Below are positions 15,391 to 28,625 of a stretch of 64,000 nt of DNA, piece after piece. Below the pieces are notes generated by a model. The model saw nothing but the letters and a program-made list of their open reading frames with translations. It did no database searches and had not been told where the DNA came from. A program made the position numbers and the translations under genes. Positions within the stretch are counted from its first letter, which is position 1; the number at the start of each line of letters is the position of its first letter. This DNA is from Lama glama (taxonomy: Eukaryota): assembly GCA_028534125.1 (NCBI GenBank), contig CM052816.1, forward strand, positions 64,172,001 to 64,236,000, written 5' to 3'.

Positions 15391-15741
15391 CAGTCATAAA
15401 ATGTTTATTTGCTACATTCTAAAACTAAGAATTTTTAACTGATTACACAGTAGCCCAAATATGAACTGACCAACAGATAGAAAAACACACAGCTCCTCAA
15501 GCCTCTCAATATTTTGCTTTATAAAGTAATGTATTACCCCTCTACTCCATGATTTTTAAAAAAATATTCAAACTAAATACTTAACAGCTGATTTTAACAT
15601 ATACTGGTACACGTAAGTAGTATATCCATCTGTACTCTGAGAATATGGAAAAAGGTATAGAAAGGTCTCTGGTAAAAATTAAAACATACACACACATTCA
15701 CAATCAAAACATATTAAGACTCTAAGTTTAGTAAGTTCTTA

Positions 15742-16056
<315 letters not shown>

Positions 16057-16340
16057 TTAAAAAACTTTACAAATGTCTAATTCTAATAGCTAATGATAAA
16101 TTTTAAGCCATTTTAAAATGGACCCGAGTCTGCCATTTTTATAACTCAATTCTCTTCTTAGTCCAAGCCACAAATCTCATATAGAGTTTAACAGAAGGAG
16201 AACAGAGCCTGAATTTGAACCAAAGATCCAGACACTGTTACACATGAAGATGAAAGGCCTTTCAAATGCTAATTATAATCACCTTCTTACTTCTGTGTGA
16301 CATTTTGAACAAAAAAGTGAATAAAGAATAAAACCCAGAT

Positions 16341-16432
16341 GGGGGTATAGCTCAGTGGTTGAGTCTGTGCTTGGTGTGCACGAGGTCCTGGGTTCAATCC
16401 CCAGTACCTCCATTAAGGAGGAAAAAAATAAT
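16341..16432 (+). mobile_element. tRNA-derived SINE (camelid Vic-1-like)
   Basis: gggggtatagctcagtgg (A box)...gggttcaatcc (B box) ccagtacctcc followed by an A-rich tail; related copies at 21934 and 60294. Confidence 0.88.
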
Positions 16433-18122
16433 AAGAACCAATTTGTTATTTTAATTTACAAGCAGATTTTACTCATGGATGCTGTAACAAACTACTATAA
16501 TTGGTTCTTCTGGGCAAAAATTAAATTTACTTCTAAGATTACCTTTTTATAATAAAATCTTATAAAGGCATACATACAATGGGCACAATTTCCTGGTCTC
16601 CTTATAAGCATTTCAAACTATATGTTTATTAATTACTATGCATTCTATATACCAATAAATCAACATCTTTTAAAAATAAAATTTACTTAAACATTCTTCC
16701 CTAAATGATTTAACCAGGAACTAATCTTTATATAAATGAAATCACCAGATTTATGTCTTTCTGTGAATAAAATCACTAAACATTTATTGAAAGTTCACTT
16801 GTTTCTCAAAGGAAAAGCCATAATGAATTTAGAAGGCATAACTCATAATTTGAGTAAAAGTAAGGTACTGATAAAATTTATTTATCGTTCCTTTCTACAT
16901 TCTTCAAAAAGGTAGCTTATTCTAGCAAATATTACAAGTTTTAAAAGTTCAAGTTCTACTTTACTAATTTCAAAACAAGGCAGCATCAGTACTTCAAAGC
17001 CATTCATAACACTTTTTCTTTGAAAAGGTTTGTGTGTGTATCTGTGTGTATTTTAATCAGTTGTGTTAATCAAAGTGCATAATAAAGGTAAGAATGGTCA
17101 GTTTCTGCTTTGTTTGTTCAAAACAGATGCCTTACATTCTTCCACATTTAAAATTAGCAAGTTTCTTCAATTAGGCAGTCTGATATTTTAAATATCAAAT
17201 AATGTTTACCAACAGAAAACATAACCACAATCTAAGTCACAGATCTTTACAATTTACATTTCTATATTTTAGAATGCCAATTAGAAACAAAATGTTATCA
17301 GTCAAGATGGAGTAAAGCTCACTATAGCTTATTTCTCCCCATAATTACAACTAAAAACTGTGGACAAAATAGAAAAAGTAACCTGAGGATTCTGAAAAGT
17401 AAACAACAGCAAGCAGATTGGGGAAATAACACTTGAAGAGGCAAGCCATACGGAGATGATTTCCTGTTACTTTTTCTTCTCTTTTCATTCCTGACTTGAA
17501 TATAAGGTTAGTCCCATTCAGAGAACTCTGTAAAGGGCAGAGAGGGCAAAAACATGAGAGAAAACTCACCTAGCTAGTGAGAGGATTGGGAAAAGGGCCC
17601 GCCCCCACCTCAACTCAAGGAGCTGGAGTATTTTGTACAAAACAAGCACAGTACTGGTCACATCTCACGTGCATGAGACAGACCCAAGGCAGCACCAACC
17701 AAGGCTTTGAAAACTGTACTGATATCACCCAAAGAAGGTAAAAGAGAACTTATGATGTGAATCTATCCTAGCTGACTCTATGTTTTAAAAAAACAAAAAT
17801 TTCTCCAGAAGATTATAATAGGATCCAGACTCATATAATACAGTATTTAAAATGTCCAGGATCCCAAATTACACAGCTTACAAAGGAAAGGGAAAATGTA
17901 GTCAATTCTTAAGGGAAAAAACCAAATCAACAGATGTCAACCAAGATGAACCAGATGTTAGAATTACCAGTAAGAGACTTTATGCAACTACTATAACTAT
18001 ACTCCATGAGATGAAGGTATTGAAACTATAAAACTATACACTATTGGAACTATAAAAAAGAACTAAAAAGAAATGTTAGAACTCATAAAACAGTATCTGA
18101 AGTTAAAAATTCACTAAATAGG

Positions 18123-18347
18123 GGGTGGGGGGTGGGAAGAGATAGACTGAGATTTCAAAATTGTGGAACAGATAAACAAGATTATATTGTATAGCACAGG
18201 GAAATAGATACAAGATCTTATGGTAGCTCACAGAGAAAGGAATGTGACAATGAATATATATATGTTCATGTATAATTGAAAAATTGTGCTCTACACTGGA
18301 ATTTGACACAACATTGTAAAATGATTATAAATCAATAAAAAATGTTA
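18123..18347 (+). mobile_element. Young 5'-truncated L1 3' end with perfect 18-bp target-site duplication (TSD)
   Basis: Flanked by identical aaaaattcactaaatagg at 18105-18122 and 18348-18365. The body (ctgtgtatagcacaggg-like segment, gacacaacattgtaaaatgattataaatcaataaaaaatgtt) is an L1 3' terminus. Confidence 0.9.
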
Positions 18348-18728
18348 AAAAATTCACTAAATAGGATGAATAGCAGATAGACAGGACAAGAGGTAAAACT
18401 GAGCAAATTTGAAAAGAAAATTATCTCATCTGAAGAACAGAGAGAAACAATCAGAAGGAAATGAACAGAGCTTTAAGATAGGTGAGAAAATATCAAAAAG
18501 TCTAACATTTGCTTCATTGGAGCTCCAGAAGAAGATGACACATAGATACAGAAAAACTTGGAAGAAATAATGACTAAAAACTTCCCAAAATTGAAGATAC
18601 GAATGTACAGATCTAGGAAGCTCAGCTAAACACAAAAAAGGTAAACTCAAAGAAAACCATGGGTATATCATTATCAAATCACTGAAAACCAAAGATAAAA
18701 GAAAAAAATCTTGAAAGCAGTCACTTTC

Positions 18729-18833
18729 AGTGAAATACTATATAAAGAAGGATTCAAATAATCAGAGATTCTGTGAAAATACTATATAAAGTGAAATACT
18801 ATATAAAGAAGGATTCAAATAATCAGAGATTCT
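18729..18833. repeat. Perfect 44-bp direct duplication with a partial third copy
   Basis: agtgaaatactatataaagaaggattcaaataatcagagattct at 18729-18772 and 18790-18833, separated by gtgaaaatactatataa. Confidence 0.95.
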
Positions 18834-21415
18834 TCACTAGAAATTATAGAAGACAGAAGACAATGCAACATTATCTTTAAAGTGTTAAAAGAAATTGAAA
18901 TGTCAATCCAGACTTGGGTTTACCCACTAATATTCAGCAAAAATATCATTCACGAATGATGGTGAAATGAAGGCATTCTCAGATCAGGAAAAACTAACAT
19001 GTGTTGTCAAGAGATCTGTTCTAGAAGAAATGCTAAAGGAAGTCCTTCAGACTGAAGAGAAATAATACCAGAATAAGAAACTATAAGAATAAAGAAAGAA
19101 CAGAAACGAGAAATACACCTGAGTAAATATAACAGACTATTTTTGCTCTTAAAAGGACAAAAGAACTTAAAAGTTCTTTAAAAATAAGATGACCAGTGAA
19201 AGCAAAAATTTGAACACTGTCTTGTAGTGTTTTAAATGTATGTAGATGTAACACACATGAAACCTGTAACATAAAGGAGGGAGAGTAAAGGGACCTATAT
19301 GATTATTAGATTCTACATTCTACTTAAAGTAACAAAATACTAACTCAAAGTAGGCTGTTTAAGTTAGGTATATTTATTGTAATGCTGAAACCATTAAAAA
19401 ATACAAGGAGATACAAACAAAAAGGATAACAGATAAATTAAAATTGCATACTAAAATTTAAAAAAAATAATAATCCAAAGAAGGAGAGGAGAAGGCAGGA
19501 GAGAGGGAACAAAGGAATAAAAAGCAGAGAGGATAAATAGAAAATAAATGATTAAATGGCTGACCTAAATTCAGCAACATCAATAATTATATTAAATGTA
19601 AATGATCTAAACATACCAATTGAAAGAGATGGTAAAATTATATTAAAAAACAAGACCCAACTCTATGCTGTGTACAAGAAACTCACTTTAAATATACTGA
19701 CATACATAAATTAAATGAAAACAGATGGAAAAAGATATACCATGCAAACACTTTCAAAATAAAGCTGAAGTAGCCATATTAATATCAGACAAAGTAGACT
19801 TTGGGACAAGGAATACTACACCAGTGATAAACTGAAATATAGCATGATAAAAGGGTCAGTTCTCCAAAAGATGTATAACAACCCTAAATGACTATGCTGT
19901 ACCTAACAACAAGACTTCAAAATACACAAAGCGAAAAGAGGAAATAGACAAAATACATGACAGAGCTGAAAGGAGAAACAGACAAATCCACAACCATATC
20001 TGGAGATTTCAATACTCCATATTCTGAATAACTAATAGAACAAGTAGACAGAAAATTAGCAAGGATAAAGAATACCTAAAACACCACCATCAACCAATTT
20101 AACCTAATTGACATTTATAGAATACTCCACCTAACATTAAAAAAACCCCAATAAAACAAAATCCTATACTTTCTAAAATGCACAAAGAACATTTACCAAG
20201 ATAGTCCATATTCTGAGCCATAAAACAAACTTTGACAAATATGAAAGAAATGAAATCATACAAAGTACATTCTCTGATGAAACAGAATTAAACTAGAAAT
20301 TAAGTAATAGGAAGATGTTTGGAAAATCCCCAAATACCTGTGAATTAAACAACATACTTTTAAACAACTCATGAATAAAAGAGGACATCACATGGGAAAT
20401 CAAAAATATTCTGTACTCAATGAAAATGGAAATAAAAATACATCAAAATTTATGATCTACAGCTAAAGAGTTTAGAATGACATTTATAATATTAATCATG
20501 CTTAAACTGGAAAAGAAGGAAAGATTCAAATCAATAATCTAAATATCCACATTAAGAAACTAGGAAAAGGATAAAAAATCAAAGCCAAAGCAAGGAGAAG
20601 GAAGGAAATAAAGATCAGAAATCAATTAAATGGAACTCCCCCAGTTTTTCAATGAAACCAAAAGCTAGTTCTTTAAAAAGCTTAATAAAATCAATAAAGC
20701 TATAATCAGACTGACTGAAAAAAAGAACAAACTATCCATATAAGGAATAAGAGAAGGCACATCATTATAGATCATAGAGGCATTACAAGGTTCATAAGAG
20801 AATGCTATGAATAACTTTACGGCCATAAATTCTACAGCTCAGATGAAATAGAAAAACTCCTTGAAAATCACAAACTATCACAATTCTCTGAAGAAGAAGT
20901 AATAACATAAATAGCTTTAAATTTGTTAAAGAAATTAAATATGTAGTAAAAATCTCTTACAATGCAGGCCCAGATATTTCCCTAGAAAATTCTACCCAAC
21001 ATTAAAGGAAAAAAAAAGAAAAGCCAAATCTATACAATATCTTCCAGAAAACAGCAGAGAGGGAATGGTTTCTAACTTATTTTATGAGGCCAGGATTACC
21101 CTACCCTAGACAAAACCATGACAAGTCAATACAATTACAAACTCAGCAAAATATCGGCAAGTCTCATTAAGAAATATATAAAAAGAAAACACACCACAAC
21201 CAAGTAGAGTTTATCCCAGGAATGCAAGGCTGGTTCAACATTAAAAATCGGTGTTAACTCACTAGATTAACAGACTAAGGAAGGAGAAGCATATGACCAT
21301 TTCAACAGATGCAGAAAAAGCAACTGACAAAATCCAATATCCCTTTATAACAAAGAAAACTCTTGGCAAACGAGGAACAGAAGACAAGTTACTTAACTGG
21401 ATAAAGGTCATCTGC

Positions 21416-21418
<3 letters not shown>

Positions 21419-21469
<51 letters not shown>
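21419..21469. repeat. (CAA)17 trinucleotide microsatellite inside L1 ORF2 relic
   Basis: Perfect CAA run; the source of the spurious polyQ and polyC ORFs in the track. Confidence 0.98.
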
Positions 21470-21933
21470 ACCCTACAGTTAACATCATAATGGCAAAAGA
21501 CTGAATTCTTTCCCCTAAGAGCAAAACAAGGCAAAGATATCTGTTTCACCACTCCTACTCAACATTACACTGGAAGTTTTAGCCAGGCCAATAAAGCAAG
21601 AAAAGGAGATTAATGACATAGATTTAAAAGGAAAAAATAAGTAGCCTCTATTTGCAAACAACTAACTTACAAAAAAGCTCCTAGAACTAGTAGTAAGTTT
21701 AGCAAGGTCATATGCTACAAGCGCAAAGCAAAAAACCAACTGTACATCTATGTGCTGAAATTGAACAATGACAGACCAAAATTTACCAAAAAAAAAAAAA
21801 AGAGAGAGAGAGAGAGTGAGAGCACCATTCATATTACTACCAAAACACGAAATACTTAGTTACAAATCTAACGAAACATGAACAGAGTCTCTATGCTAAA
21901 AACTATAAAACACTGACTAAAGAAATCAAAGAT

Positions 21934-22085
21934 GGGGGTGGGGAGTGGGTAGGGGGAGGATGCAGCTCAAGTGGTAGAGTGCATGTCTAGCATGCACAAG
22001 GTCCTGGGTTCAATCCCCAGTATCTCCTCTAAAAATAAATAAATAAGCAAACCTAATTACTCCCACCAAAAAAAAATTTACAAAA
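21934..22085 (+). mobile_element. tRNA-derived SINE (Vic-1-like) nested in L1, with TSD
   Basis: cagctcaagtggtagagtgcatgtctagcatgcacaaggtcctgggttcaatccccag plus A-rich tail; flanked by aaatcaaaga(t/c)g at ~21923 and ~22086. Confidence 0.9.
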
Positions 22086-22963
22086 AAATCAAAGACGATC
22101 TTAAAAAGCAGAGTGAAAAACCTCAGCACTGTTAAGATACCATTTCTCCCCAGATTGATCTATTTTTCAACACAACTCTACTCAAAACTCTAGCAGGCAT
22201 TTGTGTACATATTGACAAAAATAGATATAGAACAGTCAAAACAATTTTAAAGAAGGACAAAGTTAGAAGACTCCTAGTACCTGATTTTAAGACTTCCTAT
22301 ATAGCAAAAAGTAGTCAAAACAGTGCCCGATAGGTGAAATAACAGGCCCATAGATCAATGACAGTTGATGAGAGAGATCAGAAATAAACCTACACAGATA
22401 CAATCAATTCAAGGTTCAAAGTCAATTCAATGAAGAAAAGGTCAAATGCTTTCAAAACTACTGAAACAACAATTGGATATTCATATTTTAAAAATGAACT
22501 TAAAACAGTTTATTAAAAAATCAATTCAATTACCTTATTAAAAACTCAAAATGGATAATAGATCCAAATATAAAACTTAGAACCACAGAACTTCTAGAAA
22601 AACTTCTTTGTGACCTTGGGCTAGGCAAGGATAATAATGTTAGATACAATATCAAAAGCATGATCCATAAAAGATAAAACTGATAAAGCAGACTTTATCA
22701 AAATTAAAACCTTTTGTGCTACAAAAGACCCTATAAAGAGAATGAAAAGAGAAGCCACAGACTGGGAGACAATATGTGCAAATCATACATCTGACAAAGA
22801 ACTTGTATGCAGAATATGTAAAGCCCTCTCAAAACTCATCAAGAAAATGAACAACTGGGCAAAAAATTTGAAAAGACACTTCATTTAAGAAGATATGCAG
22901 ATGGCAAACTGCTAATGAAAACATGCTCAATATCATTAATCATTATGAAAATGAAAATAAGAC

Positions 22964-24506
22964 TATTTGCAGATGACATGATACTATACATAGAAAATCC
23001 TCCAGAAAACTCCTAGAGCTGATCAATGAATTCAGTAAAGTTGTAGGATGCAAATTTAATATACAGAAATCTGTTGCATTTCTATAGGCCAACAACAAAC
23101 TACCACTGCATCAAAAAGAATAAAATATGTAGGAATAAAACTATCAAAGAAAGTAAAAGATCTGTACTCAGAAAACCATAAGACACTGGTGAAAGTAACT
23201 GAAGAAAACACAAAAGATGTAAAGATACACTCTGTTCATGGAATGGAAGAATTAATATTGTTAAAGTGACTATACTACTCAAGGCAATCTATGCAATGCA
23301 ATCCCTATCACAATGACATTTTTCACAGAACTAGAACAAAAAATTTTTAAATTTATATGGAAATACAAAGGACCTGAATAGCAAAAAATGCCTTGAGAAA
23401 GAAGAACAGAGCTGGAGGAATCAGCCCCACTGACTTCAGACTATACTACAAAGCTACAGTAATCAAAACAGGATGGTACTGGCACAAAAACAGACACATA
23501 ATTCAGTGGAACAGAACAGAGAGCCCAGAAATAAATCCATGGATTTATGGTCATTTAAACAATGGCAAAGGAGGCAAGAATATACGATGGAGAAAAGACA
23601 GTCTCTTCAATAAGTGGTACTGGGAACACTGGACAGCTACATGTAAAAGAATGAAATTAGAACATCCCTTCACACTATATATAAAAGTAAACTCCAAATT
23701 AAAGAGCTAAATGTAAGACTGGATACTATAAAACTCCGAGAGGAAAATATAGGCAGAACACTCCTGGACATAAATCATAGGAACATTTTTTTGGGCTCTG
23801 TCTCCTAAAGCAAAAGAAACAAAAGCAAAAATAAACAAAGGGGACCTAATTAAACTTAAAAGCTTTTGCACAGCAAAGAAAACCAATGAAAAAATGAAAA
23901 GATAACCTACTGAATGGGAGAAAATATTTGTAAGTGATATGACTGACTAGGGGTTAATATCAAACATATATGAATGGCTCATACAACTCAACATCAAAAA
24001 AACAAAACAAAACAAAAACAAACAAACAAACAAAAAACAAGCCACCTAATTAAAAAATAGGCAGAAGAAGTGAGCAGATATTTTTCCAAAGAGGAAATGC
24101 AGATGGTCAACAGGAACATGAAAAGATACTCAACATAGATGACCATCAGAGAAATGCAAATCAAAACCTCAGTGAGATATCACCTCACAGCTGTCTGAAT
24201 GACTATCATCAAAAAGATAACAAATAACAAATGGCGAGGATGTGTAGAAAAGGGAACCCTTGTACACTTGGTGAGAACATAAATTGGTGTAGCCACTGTA
24301 GAAGAGTATGGAGGTTTCTCAAAAAACTAAAAATAGAACTACCATATGGCCCAGCAGTTCTATTCCTGGGAATATATAGCCAGAGAAAACAAAAACACTA
24401 ACTTCAAAAGATACATGCACCCTAATGTTCATAGCCTCACTATTTATTTACATCAGCTAAGATGTGGAAGCAACCCATGTCCATCAATAGAAAAATGGAT
24501 AAATGG

Positions 24507-24539
<33 letters not shown>

Positions 24540-24974
24540 CGAATACTACTCAGTCTTACAGAATGAAGTTTTGCCATTTGCAGCAACATGGGTGGACTTG
24601 GAGGGTATTATGCTAAGTGAAATAAGTCAGTCAGAGAAAGACAAATACTGTATAATATCACTCATATGTGAAATGTAAAAAATACAACAAATGAGTGACT
24701 ATAACAAAAGAGAAAGAGACACACAGATATAGAGAACAAGCTAGTGGTTACTGGTAGGGAGAGGGAAGGGGGAGGGGAGACATAAGGGTAGGGAGTAAGA
24801 GGTACAAACCATTTAGGTATAAAGTAATCTACAAGGACATACTGTATAACATGGGACATATAGCCAATATTTTATAATAACTATAAATGAGTATAACCTT
24901 AAAAACTGTGAATCACTATATTGTATACCTGTAATTTATATAGTACTGTATGTCAACTATGTTTAAGAAAACAC
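22964..24974 (+). mobile_element. 5'-truncated younger L1 (ORF2 3' part plus 3' UTR) inserted into the older L1
   Basis: Begins at RT motif [15 protein letters not shown] 23393-23710 ([30 protein letters not shown]...) is L1 ORF2. The host L1 resumes after it; candidate TSD ataagac at 22957-22963 and 24975-24981. Confidence 0.88.
24514..24539. repeat. (GT)n microsatellite in L1 3' UTR
   Basis: Directly visible GT run. Confidence 0.95.
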
Positions 24975-27029
24975 ATAAGACACCACTACATACCTATTAT
25001 AATGGTTAAACTTAGAAAAAGAAATTTAAAATCTGAAGATACAAACTGCTGGCAAGGATGTGGAGCAACTGGAATGCTCATAATTGTTGCCTGGGAGTGC
25101 AAAATGATGTAGCCACCCTAGAAAACTGTTCAGCAGTTTCTCATAAAGTTAAACATATATTTACCTTATGACCCAGCAGTCCTACCTCTAGGGATTTGTC
25201 CAAAAGAAATGAAAATATAGGTTCACATTAAAATTTGTACAAGAATGTTTATAGCAGTTTTATTTGTAAATGCAAAAAGATTGTAAATGCAAAGGACTAT
25301 CAACAATCTGAATGTCCTTAATGGTAAATAGATGAACAAACTTGGTGCATTCATACAAATACTACTTAGCAATAAAAAACAAACCACTGACATACATGTA
25401 ACATCTAAAATGCCTTATGCTAAATGAAGGAAGCCAGAATCAAAAGGGTATGTATGTACACACACACATACATACATACACACTCACTCACTCACTATTA
25501 TTCAATTTATGTAACATTTTGGAAAAGGCAAAACTAAAGGGACTAAATAATGACCACCAATGCTACGGATTGGGAGTAGATGATGAATCGACTACAAAGA
25601 GACTGTGAGGGAATTTCTGAAAGTGATATAACCATTCCATATCTTGACTGTAGTGGTGATTACATGACTATGCATTTGTATAAATTCAAAACTGTACAAT
25701 AAAAAATTCAAGTGTATGTATTTTTATAGTATTTATGGTATGTATTTTACTGTATGTAATGAAGTAAATTTTGTAATTGCTAAATAATATATGGATCAAA
25801 CAATATTATCTCCTGGTATTTCAAAGACCTAAGTATGAGTATTCTCTCTGTAGGATTTCTATACAAGCCAATGGATACCACACAAATCACGATCTTATTA
25901 ATCCTATGCTTTTCCATGCCAAGAAGCATGAAAATCAGCTTCAAATGAAACATGACTACACACTGTCACAAAGCAAGGGACAAATCAAAATGGTATCTGA
26001 AAAACCAGTAAGTGACAGCTTTTCCTACTGAACCTCACTGGAAAATGAGATACAACTTTACCAGGCTCCAGATTTTAGACTGATGAATAACATGACAACA
26101 CAACAAAAGTTACATGTAAATAATTAAATGAGATCTCATGAATGCTGTAAGTTGGCATTTCTATTTATAAGGCTACACTGAGCTCAAAAAATTTCCAAAT
26201 CATCAAATTATCTTTTTAAAAAAATGAAATAGTAACATTCAACAGGTAATGCTTCAGAATTGAGAATCTTTCATGTTTTTCTTCCAAGATACTTTTATTT
26301 TATAATAACTGGCTAGTTTTTCAGACAAAACTAAAATCATAAAGTTGCCCTAGAAGATATGCTATGAGATCAGTAATTTCATTATCAGGTTATTAGTGTA
26401 ATACTGAGGTTTTGTGTAAAAGGGCAACCAAGTAAATTAATATTGACAAATAATATGATGTTAAGTGTATCCAAAATTAGTCATATATCTTCAGTGGGTC
26501 TATTTTACAGTTCAGAATTCTGTATTTCAGTCCACTTGTGTGAACTATAATTTATTTTGAAAATCAGTTTAGCACCACCAAAAAAAGAAAAAGCACCACT
26601 ATGCCAACTTAAAGCTAAGATAGAGCTAACTTTAAGTGTAGAAATTTTATATCCTAACATATATATTAAATCCATTGTTTTTTCCATTTGATTTCTTCCT
26701 TTTAACAGTGTATGCACAACACAAAGTTTTAAAAGTAGAATAAATAACCAAATTAATACTAAGCACTAGTTCTACTCAAGTAACTCAAAGATAAAATTAG
26801 GAAAATACTAACCAATGTATATAATGCTGAAAGACTGATTTGCATATGAAGAACTTGATAATGTGATAATGACCCAGTAAGTTTCACCTTCACCTGGGGA
26901 AAACTCAGAGTTTATAAGAAGCTAGCACAATACTGACAAAAGCATATAATTCCACTTTTTAAAAAGGTTCTTTTCAGGAAATAAATGTAGGTACACCAAC
27001 TACAACTTTAATTAAATAATAATTATTAT

Positions 27030-27190
27030 CATTAATAGTCACCATTTCTTGGATGCCTACTATGTGCCTATTGTAGGCACTACATTTAGGGCTTTACAAA
27101 CATTTTTTTCATCAACTCATTACAATAATCCTCCAAGGTCAGAATTAATACTTCTACTTTAAAGATGAGAAAACAAATGCAAACAGATTA
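27030..27190 (-). mobile_element. MIR SINE relic
   Basis: tgcctactatgtgcc...ctcattacaataatcctccaagg...tttaaagatgagaaaac. Confidence 0.7.
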
Positions 27191-28469
27191 CAGTCCTTAT
27201 AAACAAGATCCTAAATATTCTTGGAAACTTTAAACAATGACTTCTATGACACAAGGGAAAAAAGAAATCTGTAAAACTAGATTTCTATGATTACATTTCT
27301 CTAATTAGAAAATTTCCATTTTGCAGAATGAGAAAATTTTTGAAAAAGTCAAGCCTTTATTAATTTGCCTGTAACATTCTTTTATTGCTCACCTCCCTAA
27401 AGAGAGGTTTCATCCTGAAAGGATGTTCTTAATGTTAAATTCAAGTTCAGAGCTATAACAGATATGGTCTTTTATCTTAACAGTCACCATTACAAAAGCT
27501 GTAATTAGCCTTAACAACCAAGTTAACCAAATTGAGTAAGTCATTCTCCAAATTTTATTAATTCAGAGTCCCACTTTGGGAATTTATCTCCTTCCCCTCC
27601 AACACATGCCTGAAACATTTGTAGCTTTAAAAATAAAGCTCTTTGATGATTAAATACTTCATTCTGCTGTCCTTCAGAAATATTAACCCTTTCAAAAGGA
27701 CTCACCAAAAACTGGACAGAGCAGTCAGTGAGAATTTAGCATTTTCAGCAACTAACAGAGGACCTGGCAACTAGAAAGGTATTACTGGTTCTTTCACAAA
27801 GGACACTTAATTATTTGCTATGAATTACAATGAAAACAAATTCAGTACTTTTAAATTGCTCTCCTAGCTTCAATGCCTCAAAGTATATAAAGGCAATTAT
27901 CAAATCACTGGTGTGCGCATCATTCCATTTCTGAATTATCTGTGGCACTTTTCAGCTCTAGTCTAGCTTTTTCTCTACCACCCAGCATGCTTTTACTCTT
28001 CTTTCCACTACTCCACCTAATCTGCACTCAGTGTCTTCAGCGAAAAAAAAAGATGCACTGTAACAACACACCAGCCTAAAGCAAAACTAGAAAGGCAACT
28101 CCCTTAGGAAGAAGGAAAAAAATTTTTTTGCGTAAGGTGAATGGTTCTAATCCACTCGGTGATCTTAAATCTCTTCACGTCCTAAACTCGATCAAACAGG
28201 CAAGGAAACATGGATAGAATCACAAGGAGGCAGAAGACAAATCATCACAAAGGCCTGTTTAGTCACTTCTGCATTCCACCAGTCACACTGCCAATGGACA
28301 AGCACCCACGCTCCCAGCAAATGTGGGGAGTGAGAATTAATGAATTCCACATGCCCTGAAGGCCAGTCTTTTCCATCAGACATTTAGATGTACAAATCAC
28401 CACCATTTTGCCCCATCTCACATTCCAACTAGAAGAAATGTTTGATCAACAAGCTCTGATCTGGGAAGG

Positions 28470-28625
28470 ATAAGATATGGATTACCAGCCACAAGACCCT
28501 GGGCAAAGCCACTTCATCTCTGCGGTGGCAGCTCTGACTTAACCAAGAGGGATGCTAGTCCCTACCTCACAGGACTGTTTACACTTAAGATAATACATGC
28601 AGAAATGTTTTGAAAATTGCAGAGT
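28470..28625 (+). mobile_element. MIR SINE relic
   Basis: gaccctgggcaaagccacttcatctctg...cctacctcacaggactgtt. Confidence 0.6.

Larger units (their letters stand above)
17299..25770 (+). mobile_element. Ancient near-full-length L1 (L1MC/L1MD-like), decayed, with nested insertions
   Basis: Colinear 5' region, ORF1-like A-rich segment (~17900-19100) and endonuclease start (ttatattaaatgtaaatgatctaaac, ~19590). RT motifs GMQGWFNI (~21219) and ISTDAEKATDKIQYPFI follow, then an L1M-type 3' UTR to ~25770. Many stops and frameshifts; boundaries approximate. Confidence 0.88.

Noticed and set aside
16341..16411. Possible tRNA-Ala genes (also ~21955 and ~60298)
   Set aside because: They have A and B boxes, but the stems are degenerate, the copies diverge from each other, they have A-rich tails and one has a TSD. 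These are SINEs.
21262..21552. ORFs with poly-Cys (minus) and poly-Gln (plus) tracts
   Set aside because: Both are translations of a (CAA)17 microsatellite inside a frameshifted L1 ORF2 relic.
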